This document shows, piece after piece, positions 49,732 through 63,709 of a stretch of 64,000 nt of DNA. The notes beneath the pieces were generated by a model. The model searched no databases, was not told the DNA's origin, and saw nothing but the letters and a program-made list of their open reading frames with translations. Each line of letters begins with the position of its first letter. The stretch's first letter is position 1. The stretch comes from Bigelowiella natans CCMP2755 (lineage: Eukaryota > Protista > Cercozoa). The DNA lies in contig ADNK01000149.1 in assembly GCA_000320545.1 (NCBI GenBank), forward strand, positions 1 to 64,000, read 5' to 3'. Position numbers and translations under genes: made by a program.

Positions 49732-52219
49732 ATGTCTCTGATCTTCCTGCTCGGAGGGTGGAACTTTCGCTTCCGAGAATCAGTGATCCGATCAAAGCGC
49801 CTGGGAAAAGTAAGCGTGATCGTTGTCGCAGGTATAAAATATCCTACAATGTTCTAAATACGGCAAAGGACACGTCGAGTTGAACGTGAAAAAGAACAAT
49901 GAGACAAAATACAATGCTATTCATTTTTACGACAGCCTATTGTAGTTGTCGTTGTGCAGGGTTACTGCGTATGTCTCCGGTAGATCTAGTACCCTATCCT
50001 AAAGTTATCTCATTGTGAAACCAGATAAAACTATCCTGACGACTTGATCGACAGGCCACATGAATGAACGTTACGCTCGTACTCGTACCGGTACTCGTAT
50101 CTTCGTACGTAGTAAATTGATAAGGGGTATTGATAAGATCGAGTTGTCGCAATGTATAAATTACCTATAAAAACGCATTTGTGCACCTTGCATAATTTTT
50201 CGTATCGCCGCTGACCTGGAAATGCCGCAAAACCTATGTGTGCCCCGAAGCTCCTCATGTCAATTGCACACGGTGCACCCCACTCGGCTCTCCTCTTCCT
50301 TCTCCACCTCCCCAATTCCAGGAAACAAGCCCTTCCCTTTTGTCGCCCAGCTGCCGTAGAATGTTTAATCTTGGGAGGTAGAGAGGTTTCATCGCAAGCA
50401 AGTGCTCCTGTACGATATTAGTCAGATGGGTCAATCAAATCATCGTGCAATCTCTATGTAGATGGCTCAAAAATCAAAGAGTCATGCCACCTGAGCTTAA
50501 GGTCTCCAAAGATGTGATGAGTCCTCAATACTCCCGCCTAGCGCAGCAACGACGCATTCAGGAGAGGACAAAGCACCTCAAGGACAATGCTTGGTTTGTC
50601 CTAGGGCTGTGGCAGGTAGCACAAGCTAGTTGTTGCGCCATATCATTCAGATGAATAACGCTACGGGAAAGGCAATAGTAAAAATAAGGAAAGATTGTCA
50701 GAATCAAGGCAAATGTGGATCAAAGCAAAGAGGGATCTCTGGATGATTAATTTTTCACCTTGATTATACAACTGCTTACTTAGGGGCCTAGGTTGCGCAA
50801 GGATTGGAATGATGTTTTCAAAGCGGAGGATCGTCACATTCAGAGTATGGTGCTCTTCTTTGACACAATCTATGCATTCGCTGTGAGCCGACTTGGGCGA
50901 GAACTGCACGACCCAAACAATCAAAGCTGGGATGGCATCTTTAATTGGTGGAAGCGCTTCGGTGTCATCATGTCTGTTCGCCTTTCTACAGTGGACTTCT
51001 CGTCGAGATTCGGTACCTCTATCATCCTCACTGTTTCTAGATGATGTAATCATTATGATTGTTTTGATAATATTGATCAAATCAAGCATGCCATCGTCCG
51101 GGCGCTTACTATTCATCTCGGTGTAATTGTAGCTATTATTGATGTATTGGGATGAAACAGACAACGATGACATTCCGTTCAAGATGTTCTGGGCGTTCTA
51201 CGGCATTGCAGTGCTGGGGATGTGTATGCACAGCACAAGTGGTGCTTCATCCACGAACGCCCCTCGCTTCTCGCTCTCTGCGGGCATCGTGTATTACACA
51301 CCAGAAATATATGCACACTCACACACACACACACACACATTAAAACGAACAAACAGACAGATAAACAGACAGGGAGAGGGGGAGAGAGAGAGAGGGGAAA
51401 AAAGATAGAGAGATGGTAGCATCTTCTAATCATCAGATTTTGACCGCTTCTTCTTCTTCTTCTTCTTCGTCTTCTTTTTGTTTGATAACTAGGTACGCTC
51501 TCCTGTCTTTACATTACTTGCGTCATAGCTGGTTGAAGAGATGCCGATTCTTCTGCTGCTTGAGAGGCGTTTTGCACCTTGGACTTTTTGCGCTCGGAGT
51601 CTTCGGGTTGATCACCGTGCAATGCTGTCAAATATACATTTTAGACATGCCCCCGGCATCATCATTATCTTTCCTCATCCTTAGGTTCCTTTGCAGCGAG
51701 GAGATGCGTGAGAAAATTGTGCGTCTACACACATTGACTTATAATATACAATTTGATTAGAAAGGTTCTTCCCCCCCCCCCTATTTTAATCCTAATTTTT
51801 ATCCTACACGTAATCAAGGTTCTTGTTCTGCTTGCGGGAGCATATCCGCTGTTACTGGGCCTGCTTTTTGTTGGAAAACTTGGCGCTTGGTAATAAGGAG
51901 AAATTGGGGAGGGGGGGGGGGAGGGGGGGGGGGAAACCCAAAAATTTATACCGAAAGATTAATACGTCTCAGTGGTTTTATCTAAGGTATCATCTAATCT
52001 CACCTACTTCCCCTTGTCATTCATCAATCATCATCATCTTCTTCTCATTGCCGTTCGTACAACAACCTTGTGCAACTGCTGCTGCTTAGGTTGACGCTGT
52101 ATTATAACTTCTCCCTTCAAACAGCGTGCCGCCTCATCGACGTGCCGACACATGTAGAGTATCTCGTGCACAGGGTATTGAGGTTTATATAAAGATATAT
52201 AATATAAACATATACATAA

Positions 52220-52278
<59 letters not shown>

Positions 52279-54725
52279 GGATCGGTCGCCTCTGTGGTTG
52301 AATTGACGATACTGATTTTGACTCGATGCATGGCTTTCATGTAGATTCCTCCATGTCTTATTCATTGAAAGACTTACATTATTACTACTGATAATCTATA
52401 AATAGTTTTTCGGTTTCCACATGATGATTTTGGGTCAAGTCGCCCTTGCTGTAGCGCCAGATCCTGACCGCGGCTACGACGATGAGACGGCACTGTATGG
52501 CTCAATATGCCTCGGATTCGTCCTCCTCGTAACTCTGAAACTCTTCATCTTTGATGTATGTCTGCCTTGTCGTCTTCATCGTCATTTTAGCGTCGTGAGC
52601 TACTTGTAAGTAGGTAGGCTGTTTGCTGAGAAGAGAGGTGGAGAATAACACTACTCTCTATACTAGTTATCCCTCAAGAAATATGTAAATAACCAACCGA
52701 TGTGCTTGTCCAAATTGTCTAGATCCCATATGCATCGATGGTAGTGTATTTGGCCGTGCAGTCAACGTCTTTATTGGTTGTCCATGATGAATCTCTCTTC
52801 CCTCCCCCCCCCCCCCCCACCCTCTTTGTTCTTCCTTCCCTCAGGTGAATTTCCACGAGGTTGAGGACCATGCTATTGCATCCACGTAGGAACCAAGGGC
52901 ACACGCAAATACATCACACACGCACACACGCACGTACGCGAACTAAACTGATCAACACAGGGAACATTAGACTACTAGAGGCAACACGCAGTGAAGGCCA
53001 AGATTGCAGATTACGTGTGTGAGTGTGTTTTTTGTGTGCGTGTATCTGTGAACATCACACGCATCATACAGAGGGGGCGACATCGCTTCTGATCGAGAGA
53101 TGATTTCCCTTCAGATCACGCAGCAAAGAAGTAGCGTGGCGAATACTATTTCCTCTCAGTGTGGGGTTTCTCTCCCTGTTCGGCGATGCCATTGGAATGC
53201 TCGTTAACGATGCTGGGAAAATGAAGAAACTACAGGGAGAGGGACACGAGTTTGCTTCATGGCTGCTCGCAGGAAGTTTCTCTGCCTTCCTTATTGTCAA
53301 TGTTCTGCAACGTCAGCTACATACCATCCCGTAAGAAGAAAAAGGAGGAGGATTAGGAGGAGGAGACGAAGAAACACAGCAACACCACAGCCATAATCCA
53401 GGAAAAAAACATGATGATTACGCATGATAGAAGGGAGAGGGGAGGATTAGGAGGTGTATGCTTTAATGAAAACGCAGAAGAATGCTGATCCTCTCCAGTG
53501 CTCTACGCATTCATCCCCTCTAACCCTCCTCCTTCCTCCTCCTCCGCCCCCTTTCTTCATTGTTACTGTTGTCACGGTACAGATACACAACGCTCTTGGA
53601 GGACTGTGGCCTGAGTGGAAGTGCAGCATCGCTCCGCATAGTACTGGGAATCGTTGAATTCTTGAAAACCAAGCCGTCCAATATCATGATACAATGATGC
53701 TGCCTCATTGTCATTATTGATCATACCGTCACAACCACGTCATCGCCATCGTCGTCATCATCGGCATCATCATCATCATCATATGATTGAGTAACTCTCT
53801 CCACCCAGGTTCACTATGGCCAAAGCGGGCTGCAAGTAATCGTGGCAGGGACGGTGTTGCTCATTCCACTCCTCTTTAAAGATAAGGTTATTACAATTGT
53901 GTTTGTCATCATCGTATCGATGAGTTAATGGACGATTTCGTCAAAACTGTCGTCTTTGCTTCATGCTCCATTCTAGCTTGAGTCTTTCTCCCCGCCAAAG
54001 CTCACACGCTTCTCCTCCTCTCCCTGCCTTCTCCTTGCTCCTTAGAACGTCTCGAGCGCGATGGCACAGCTCGGCGCCATCGCTACTCTCCTCTTAATCC
54101 TCGTGGTGGTGAATCTAATGGACGAGGTACTACTGTTGGGGGAGGGCAGCATGATGTCTGAGGCACGCGAAGCAATTGGTCGTGACAAATTCGGTCTGCT
54201 CACTCGCCAAAACGCGAGACTTCGCGTCTACTCCGAGGAGGCTGGAAGCATAGGAGGCGTATTCACTTCACCATGTGCCCAACAGATGCAGCAAGATCAG
54301 CAGCAGCCAGCGCAGCAGCCACAACAGCAATACGTTAGGAGGGAGGAAGAATCCAAAAGTGCTGGACAAAGCGGGACCTTTCAACCCCCATATACGAGGG
54401 TTACCCTTGTGGTAAATATGGAGGGCGAAGGGGGAGGGAGGGGGGGAGGATTGGAGTTCATTATTATCTGAACGGTTTGAATGTGATAATTCTCAATGAA
54501 TTCCATGATGATCGCAATGATGATGAGATGATAGGATGGGGATGTGACTTCTTGTTGTGCGTACACATGTATATATGTTTGTGTATGAGTGTGTTTTCAC
54601 ATTCCTTCGATATATTGGCGCTAATCGCTCACAACATATTTTAAGAATCACCTCTGCAATGGCTTCTTATCGTGGTGTATCTATCGCAGAATGATCTAAC
54701 TAATGATCGAGCGTGGCTGGATTAG
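49732..54725 (+). CDS. Low-temperature-requirement A (LtrA)-family multi-pass membrane protein; ends approximate
   Basis: LFFDTIYAFAVSRL (~50854), DDIPFKMFW..AVLGM (~51165), PTHVEYLVHR..MILGQ (52144-52436; the H..ER..I.LGE motif), FIFD, DHAI, then TM exons to ~54130. Confidence 0.72.
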
Positions 54726-55357
54726 CATTTTCCTGATCTTCCAGGGATTGTGCGCAATATAGTATATGCAAAGGGTGGGTAGATTCTCATTGTACGCACT
54801 GGAGCATTCATGCCGCCGCAGCATATACACACCAGCAATGTATAGCAGTAATAAATTAGGATCTCCTTCAGCGCAAATGTTATTTTTTATCCAAGTATGT
54901 AGTCAGATGATGACTCCTTTATTCGTTTTGCTAGAATACACAGTTGCGCATATAAGTATGTATTACTACAGTAGAAAAGCATGGCAATACATGTGTACAT
55001 AATGCACCTTGCAAGATGTCTAGATATTTGCTTTATTTCTATGTCGCTCAACCAATTTGTTCGCCGTCATGAGTGTATGTACATGTCTAGATATGTGCTA
55101 CTGCATGCAACGTAAAAAATGCATCCATAACGTTCTACGTATGCTACAATCATAATGCCATGCATTTTGGAGCTCACATTGCCATATCTAGCACCGACAA
55201 CAGGTTCAATGCAGCACCTCGGTAGTCACATATTGCGCAGACATGCTCATGCATCCCACAATTGGAGTTAAATGAGAAACGAACAGAAATATATATGTGT
55301 ATGACAAAAATTTTAATGCTTCAGCTTCCACGTTTAGAATTAGTTGTTTGCATGAGA

Positions 55358-55944
55358 CTACAGACCGGAAAGCCTATATGCTGCTGCAATCATGTCCTCA
55401 TTCGCTCTAATCTCCTCGTTCTCTACCTCGGTTAAAATCAGACGAACTATCTCTCCCGCCGCGCTACCGCTGCTGCCTTCGTTACTGCCATATATCTCTC
55501 CCTTCTCTGCGAATTGACTTCGACCAGCAAGCTCTTGATCGTCAGCAGGATCATTGTGAATGTCACCATACCCTATTCTACTCGTGAAAAACTTGCGCCA
55601 ATAACTAGTGCCAGGGCCGCGACGATTGAGGCTGCTATCACCATCACTAGATGTAGTCGATAATTCGTCTCCCTCCTCGCATAACTCACCATCAATACCT
55701 GTGAGGTTTCCCCTTTTCTTCCTGTTCTTCTGTTGCTGCTGCTGCTGCTGCTCCGATATCCTCCTGGTGCAATCTAGCCAGCTTAACAGTTCTTCGATGG
55801 AACCATCGCTGTAAGGGGGGGGGGCAGGGAAGACCGCCATTGTACTGTTCTTGTCGGAAGATAACAACCTCGATGAGCCGTCCCCAAAGACCTTGCCAAA
55901 CATCCCCGTGTCCATGTCTGCCCAAACCGATATCAGAAGAAGAG

Positions 55945-55991
<47 letters not shown>

Positions 55992-58484
55992 GGGGGGGAG
56001 AGAGAGGGAGAAATACACATACACACGCACGGTAGAATCTGGATTATATGCTACAAAATAGTCATGATCTGCGCGGTATGTATGTTAGCCTGATGTTGAT
56101 TGATAAGGCACAGAGAAGAAGAAGAGGGAGGGTGCGAGTGCAACTGCAGAGAAGCAGTGGCTGCAGTATAGCAGTAGCGTGATTGTGTGAGATTGTTGAT
56201 GTGAGTAAGCATTGAGTGTGTGAGAAGGGCAAGAGAAAGAACAACTACACATGCAGCGAAATGATTAACGACCTTGATATCTATCCTTCGTTTCCTCTTC
56301 TTCCTCATGTTGTCCACATCCTTCTCTCTCCTCCTCCTTTTCTTCTTCTTCGTGTTCTCCTCCTCCTCCTCCTCCTCCTCCTAACCCCTTCTTCTTCTTC
56401 CTCTTCTTCTTATTGCTGACAAGCATTGTGGTGAGTATCTCTCCTCGCCAATCGTTTTTCCTGCTATTATCCACAGGGAGTCCCCCCCCTCCTCTCACAG
56501 GCGTAGTTCTTCTACATGCTGCTTCATTAGTAGCAACGTGCGCGCCCTTCTTTGTCCGCTGCTGCTGCTGCCGCTGCCGACGTCTCTTCACCTTTATGCT
56601 GTTGTATTTCTCGCTCTTGTCACAATATTGTGAGAAAGCAGTTGACACTGCGTGTGCTACTCTCCCCTCCTTCCTCTCTTTCTTCTTCTTTTTCGTCTTC
56701 TTGATTCTGGCCTTGGATGATGGTGATGATGATGATGACGATAACGAAGATTTACGATGGGGAATCTTCTTGATCATCATCATCGGGTGGTTTCTCTCTT
56801 GCTGCGGCGTCGGTGGTGGGGGACGAGAGCGAAGCGATTCTTCCAACTCTTGGATAAACGAATCTGAAGTGTGCTTGTGGTGGGACACGTCGGCACCATG
56901 CCTCGCCAACGACGTGTTGGTTACGATTTCGTAGTATTGCGGCCAATATTCTCGCTTGCCCCTCCTCCTCCTCCTCGTCCTCCTCCATCTGTTATATACA
57001 CTGTCTTCGTCGTTGAGGTGGCGAATCAAAGCAGCAGTCAGAAGGTGGTCTTTGAGTGATGGCGACGATGAATTGAGCAAGAGGGAGGGGGGCAGCAATG
57101 AGGGCAGCTCATTATTCGCCGTTTTCTTCTTCTTCTTCATGCTTCTTCTAAAGCCCTCCTCCGTTATCCCCCTCAGCTCTAAAAAGGGCGCAGATATGGA
57201 CGATTCGTAGCCTGGCCACTGTTGTGTGAAGATCGCTTGCTGCATTGCACGAGGTATCTGCGCGAAGAATCTAGGAACAGATAAAAAGGGCAGTGAAGCA
57301 TTGCATGTATGATGGTAGTGGCATTACATGCGGACTTGTTATTTGTATGAGGAAAAGGAGGAAGTAGCTGCAGCGATGGCGATCGAGGTAAAGAAGAAAA
57401 AAGGAGAAGAAGAACCAAGAAGGACGTTTCACTGTCAAAGAGAATAATCACTGCCTACAATGCATGCCTTAGCTATGATCACAGCACGGAACGAGTCTCA
57501 AAACATGCGATAGTTTATTGCATAAACAATCAAAACGGGCGGTCATCGTCATCATCGTCATCGCCACCACCCTTCTCTTACTTATTCCGATTGATATGGT
57601 TAAGGAGGGCCGCTTTTGTGATCTCCGCCAACTCGTTTATGTCGCGGTCACGAATCGTGGTTTCTGCGCCAGTACACAGCCGCTCCAGCACGCTGTTTGG
57701 TGATCAGATTAGAAGAACGACGAGCGGTGCATGCTGATGCTGTGTTTTGTGGGTGGTAACATACAACGCGATTGTACCGATCGAAGAGAAACAAAAAGCG
57801 AGATGCAATATCAAGAAAGAGCACTACAAAGGTAGTAGGTGAAGGAGAAGGAGTAGAAGTAGGGTAACGTTCTTTCATCAAGTCTCGTAGGCTGCTGCTT
57901 CAGAGAACAACAAGTTGTTCGCAAGAGAGAGGAGACCGCGTAATACTATTATTATCACTACTTTTATTAATATTACCTGCGTAGATGAGGGCGTGCCGTG
58001 CTGCTAGCAACAGCGAGAATCGTGTCTGAGATGTCTCTAAGCTGTTCCACTCCAATACCGTTGTATGGTAACGGCTGCGATCAGGATAAGAATCGTCATC
58101 ATCAGCAGCATGCAATCAACAGCAGCAGCAGGCAGAGGAAGAATGCACTCGCGCATGCAGCACATGGATGGTTGCTTGCGTGCTTCGATGACGACGACAT
58201 GTCGTTGCCAGTCAAGCAATCGTGATGTCTTTAGTATCGACGATTTTGTTGTTATTATTGTTGTTGTTGTTGTTGTTGTCTGTGTTTATTGCTGTTGTAC
58301 CGGATGGGGGCTGAGCGACATAACGACGCTCTCAGGCTCGTGAGATGGCAGCAATGGATCTCCTGATTGTCGCGGAATATACAGAAAGTTGTTGCTGCTC
58401 CAGTCACACACTCCGTGCCTGGTGGGGAGAGGAGGAGGAGGAGGAGGAGGAGGAGAAAGAGGAGACGGAATAGTAATAGGTGAG

Positions 58485-58516
<32 letters not shown>

Positions 58517-59304
58517 TCAATAGCGTTGCTATGGAGAATACGTTTTCAGTGTTCATAGTGCATGGTATATGTATTTGATACATGTATATATGTATATATG
58601 CCTCTTTACGTCTGCGTGCTTGGAACTATTGGAGAGAGTGAATAGTAAATATGCATCACAAGTTGTTGTATCTTTCTTGTCGCTTTGGCACAGCAACGAA
58701 CACAGATACTTACAACCACCACCGTCCTCGTCGTCGTAGTAGTAGTCGTAGTAGTAGTCGTATTAGTAGTAGTTGTAGTGGTAGTATCATCACGACAGAA
58801 TAATAGTTCCTCTCTCCGCAACCCTAACACCGGCTGCTGCCTCCTCCTAATATTATTACTACCCATCTTGCGTCTCACGCCACAAGCACTTATGATATGC
58901 ACATGTCGGATCTGTTCCCCTTGCAGCTGTAGTAGCGTCCTCCTCCTCTATTAGAAGGTTGCTGCTCATTCTTCTTCTACTCTCTACTCCTGTTCCCCTT
59001 CCTTTCCCCCTCCTTCTCGCCCGCTTTTTGCTGGAAAGTCGACCTAAATAAGGAGGAGGGGGGGGGAGGAGGAATTTGTTGACATTATCATCTTTTGTGA
59101 ATGTTTTTGATGAATAATTGCTGTGTTTTACAAGTCATATCTTGTCATCTATACGATACATCTACGTAGTGTATGTCTGTGGGAAAATGAAACGTTTGGC
59201 ACTTTATTGTTTGTGTCGCTAAATTATTTATTGGTTGCACCATACACTTCTCATTACATCTAACGTCTCCCTCGCCAGCTGCGCCCAACGGCGTGCAACG
59301 AAAC

Positions 59305-59346
<42 letters not shown>

Positions 59347-60868
59347 ATAAGACGAACGAAGGGGAGGGGGGGGGAGTAGGAGGAAGTAAGAGGGAAACGG
59401 ATATAAGTAGTTTTCCTTCAAATAACGAGTACAATTTACGATCGTCGCATGTATGGTTTTGTGTGTACTACGTCGTGCGGGTTGAGAGGCCCTCTGTAGC
59501 AGGCGACTCTAAGAGATGGACGAGGGAATAACGGAGAGGGTAGGAGAGGGAGTATGAGGCTGGAGCATTGTATGGATGAAGACTGCATAATTCAAAAATA
59601 GTCGTCGTCGTTGTTGTTGTTGTTGTTGTTGTTTACTGTTTACATACGGTGGATCGTTGTACCTGTAAGGATCTTCTCCGCTCATGCACATAAATCTTTG
59701 GCTGCATGGCTCCCACAGATACCTATTTTTGCGGCATTCCAGATGTGAGTGAGCGCATACATGGATAACGACAGTGGACACCGAACTCCTTTTATCTTTC
59801 GAGCAGCTACTTGTTGCTAATGATATTAAGAACATTTCCATTAATACCGTATGTTGTGCACGCAGACGCCGCGTACGCATGAGTATCCCTGTGCGCAGCC
59901 TGTCGATCAACAAAATTGCAAAAGAGAGGAGGATTATCTTTGAGGTTTGTACTTCACTCAAAACACGTGAAAAAATAACTGTGGCCAGGTCTTTAATACT
60001 TTCACAGATGTATTGGTTGTAGGATTTTTGCATTTTCGGGTCATTATTCTTATGAGTTCTCCAATTGTCAAATCACGATTCATGACGAGAAGCGAGATTA
60101 TGCGAAACATTCTCCTCCTCCTGCTGCTGCCGCTGCTGCTATGTTGATAATCCTATAGCTATTTCTTCATCATCTGCCAAACACGCACTACATCATCATC
60201 AATAATGACCGTAGCCGTGAGGACATTTTCCTCTTTCCAGCGGGCTATCTTTAAATTGACCAATATCATTGGGAGGAAGGGGGGGGGGGAGAGGGGGGGA
60301 CATATAAAAACTGTAAGAAAGGCAGATAAGCATATGGAGACGCTCAGAGAGCAGGCAAACAAGCGCTGTATTGCAGCTTAACAAACACTCAAAACAACAC
60401 GCCTGTTACATGCATAGGTTGAAAGAGAGAAATGAAACTTATTGTCAGGTCTCTATGATACGTTACGCCTCCTACAACATTCAACTTCTGCAAATATCAA
60501 CTATATATCTCGAATCATACCCTTTGGCCCTCGATGGTATGGCGTCCAATCCATGGCCAAGTACCGCTTGCAGATACCCACGCAACCACACATCTGATGA
60601 CAAAAAACGCCATAAAAGAACCAGCAGCAATAGATGACGCATATTGACCATTGAGTCTAGGTACATATATGAGTTTCCACCCCCTCCCCATTATCGTACT
60701 TCTCCTCACTTCGCTGTCAGGCATTATTCATCCAGATCACGCAACTACCACCACTACTAATGCTGACCTCACACTGCACACAGTAGCTGCCGTTAGAGTG
60801 GATGCGGCAAGGGCCAGCTTGCCCGAGGAAGAAGTTGTTCTGCATTGATATCGTGATGATGGGTAGTA

Positions 60869-60901
<33 letters not shown>

Positions 60902-61640
60902 GTAGGTATCCTGTGATAACACGAACCGGCGATTTTGGTGGACATCCCGGATCAGGTCTTCCATTTGGACAACCACTAGTAACCACAGCCCCCCAACCTG
61001 CAATGTAACGACGTTGTTTGGCTGTCTTTTGTTTTCCTCGCGTATTATTAGCAGCAGGCGTGCACTAGATGGTTTGATGTTAGACTACGAGAACGCACCT
61101 TCGCCCTTGACCTTCAGTCCTCGTGGCCCATGAGCGCGCGTCTAGTATAACGACAGCACCAAGAAGAAGAAGGCGACGACAACGAAAAGAAAACGCCACA
61201 GATCAGCAACACACGACCCTTCGTAACTCTTTTTAATTCGTTTCCGCTTATGTTGACCCTCCCTGTAACAGCCAACAGCAGCTAAGGATGAGGCAATATA
61301 GTAGCTTACATTAGTTCCGAGCCAGGTGGACGACTTGGGCATCATCGCGAGAATGTCGCCTGCCCACTCGAATTTGTCGTGCGACGGATCGGAGTCCTTC
61401 ACGCCGAACACCTATCGATTGGGAGTGTAGGGGCGATGAAGAAGAGATGGAGCTTCAGTTGGGAGCAGGGAACCGAGAGGGGAGAAAGTCATAGATTGAT
61501 GTCCACGATAAAGTCGGATTCTGGTGCGTGTGTTATTCATCTGCGGTGCACTTACCAAAGCGGTGAGCGCGCCCAGGAGGTCCATGACCTTCATTCGAAA
61601 GGTCCGCCCTGAGGCATGGAAAAGACACGGAAGCAAAAAT
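55358..61640 (-). CDS. Large hypothetical multi-exon protein, no recognised domain
   Basis: Chain of AG/GT-bounded open exons (DVWLRGYLQAVLGHGLD, YLWEPCSQRF, CYRGPLNPHDVVHTKPY, FVARRWAQLARE, HGVCDWSSNNFLYIP, EQLRDISDTIL, QWPGYESSISAPFLELRG); long final ORF ending at stop 55358. Confidence 0.55.
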
Positions 61641-61849
61641 CACAACTGAGCCATCAAGAAAAGGCCGTATGAATCGGCCTAGTGCCACTCGAATCAGGCA
61701 ATGTTCCGTTAGATCACCTCAAAGCGAGGGGGGATGGATGATCCTCGTTGATCAATCTCTTCCCGAGCTATCCCCTAACAAACTAGAAACATTTTCTATG
61801 CCAAGAACATCGTAGGTCTTGAGCTCAATATCCCACAGCGTTTTAATTT

Positions 61850-62900
61850 GAGATCACAGTGTCAGTAATCCAGTCACAGCAAAAACAAGTTGGATCAAAT
61901 TATATCGCAAAAACATCATAGGGATTGTGCAATCTTTTTTTGCTGTGTGATGCACATTTCCCATGAGGTTGCCAGGCAGTATGCGACAATGAGAGATTTG
62001 ATCATCAATGTTCGACGTCAGCGTGTGCCTGCACGAATGCAACGCTAGAACGTCTGGGGACGTCCATGCGTGGGTGTGCAACGCGCTCGAACACTCCGGT
62101 CGATCGAGCCTGCTAGCCTGCAGCCTGCAACTTTCAGCATTTCGTGTTGCGTTTTGCGGATGACACGTGCAATGTTGTGATGCATGCTGGCATGTGACAC
62201 GTGTCCCATTGTTGTGTCCATCATGAGTGTGTGCAACACGCAACATGATGCATGCAATGTGCATCCTGTTGCTGTGTCATTGTGCGGAAGCACCCCGCTA
62301 GCCCGCACGTGAGCATCCCGCACGTGCATGAGCATCGAGTGGACGGACATCACTGCTAGACTGCGGGATCAGCAGGCACGCTGAGCACGTCTAGATCTGC
62401 ACCTCGCTAGCACGTGCCATCCGACGTGCATGTTGCTCGATCCAGCCTGCTTGCATCACGCACACCGCTGCTGGATCGGACGTGATGCACTGACTTGCTT
62501 CCACGTTGTTGCACGCAGCTTCTAGGCTTGCTAGCTTGTCAGCTTGCGTCCTCCCTAGTCACGCGCTGCACGTGCTCCTGCAACAGCTCTAGAGGTGGAC
62601 AAATTGCAACACCTGCACGCAGTGCGTGGTGACCGCCAACAGTCGATTTCAAGATTTGTTGGAAATTGTCGATGATCAGGAAACGGCCAGTGTGGCGGAT
62701 GCGCACAATTCACAATTGCATGCATCCAGTCCAACGCCAGCTGTCTGCTGTTAGTTGTTTGACGCTACATGCTATGTGTGAGCGTGATGCAAGACATATG
62801 CATGCAATTCAGATCCATCACATCACAGAGCAGACTGGACGACGCTGATCATCACGCACCGCACACCTGCGCTTCACTTGAGTCTGGCATCGCATGACAA
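61850..62900. other. Longest TGCA/CATG/CTAG-rich, microsatellite-free intergenic tract (similar tracts ~14560-15540, 16720-17210, 21330-22140, 27640-28140, 28890-29206 + 34923-35350, 42520-43040, 54900-55340)
   Basis: Dense GCATGC, TGCA, CACGTG and GCTAGC words and short inverted repeats; no coherent ORF. Confidence 0.7.
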
Positions 62901-63184
62901 CAGAGTTCTTTCATGTGCATTTGCTATCATGGCTGTTGTGATACATGTAGTATCGTCATTGCTATTACTACATAGTGTTATTACTCGGCTTCAATTTCTC
63001 TACTCTATGAAGAGTTCTCATCCAGCAATCCGTCTATCGCAGGCACATCTTAAGGAGCTTTCAATGAGGGGGTTGGTTGGGACATTCTCTCCCGTCCAGC
63101 AGCAAAGTACTTAAATGCGTGGGGAATCAAGTCATCCTAGGTCATATATTGACACATAGTATCAGTACCGGAAGTACGAGAGTG

Positions 63185-63616
63185 TTATTGACAACGCAAA
63201 TTACTTTTCATCGCGTGAGTATGCAAGTTGTGTGTGTGTCCCTGCTTGCATGCGACGTGGTGTGTGTAGTAGTACCTTGAAGACGAATCCGACATCCAGG
63301 TCGAATTGTATCTCTCTCTCGATAACTCTGTAAGCGAGAAAAAGAGGAGAGTAGTTACATCAATGGACTGAAGGAGCACCATATGAAGAAGCAACGTAGA
63401 CCGGCAAACATCATGGTTGAAGGGGTAACAAAAATTGTAAAAGAGGAAAAATGGCTTCATTTAACTCAGTTACGCAGCAGCTGATTTGATCTCTCCTTCA
63501 CCGCTGGGATATCACGTTCATGTGCTCATTGTCATCACAATTAATATAAATGGTTGCTATAAGTACTGTCTGGTCTCAATCTCCTGGGCAGTTAACTCGG
63601 TGCCTAAGCACGCGCG

Positions 63617-63647
<31 letters not shown>

Positions 63648-63662
63648 ATACACACATTATAA

Positions 63663-63709
<47 letters not shown>

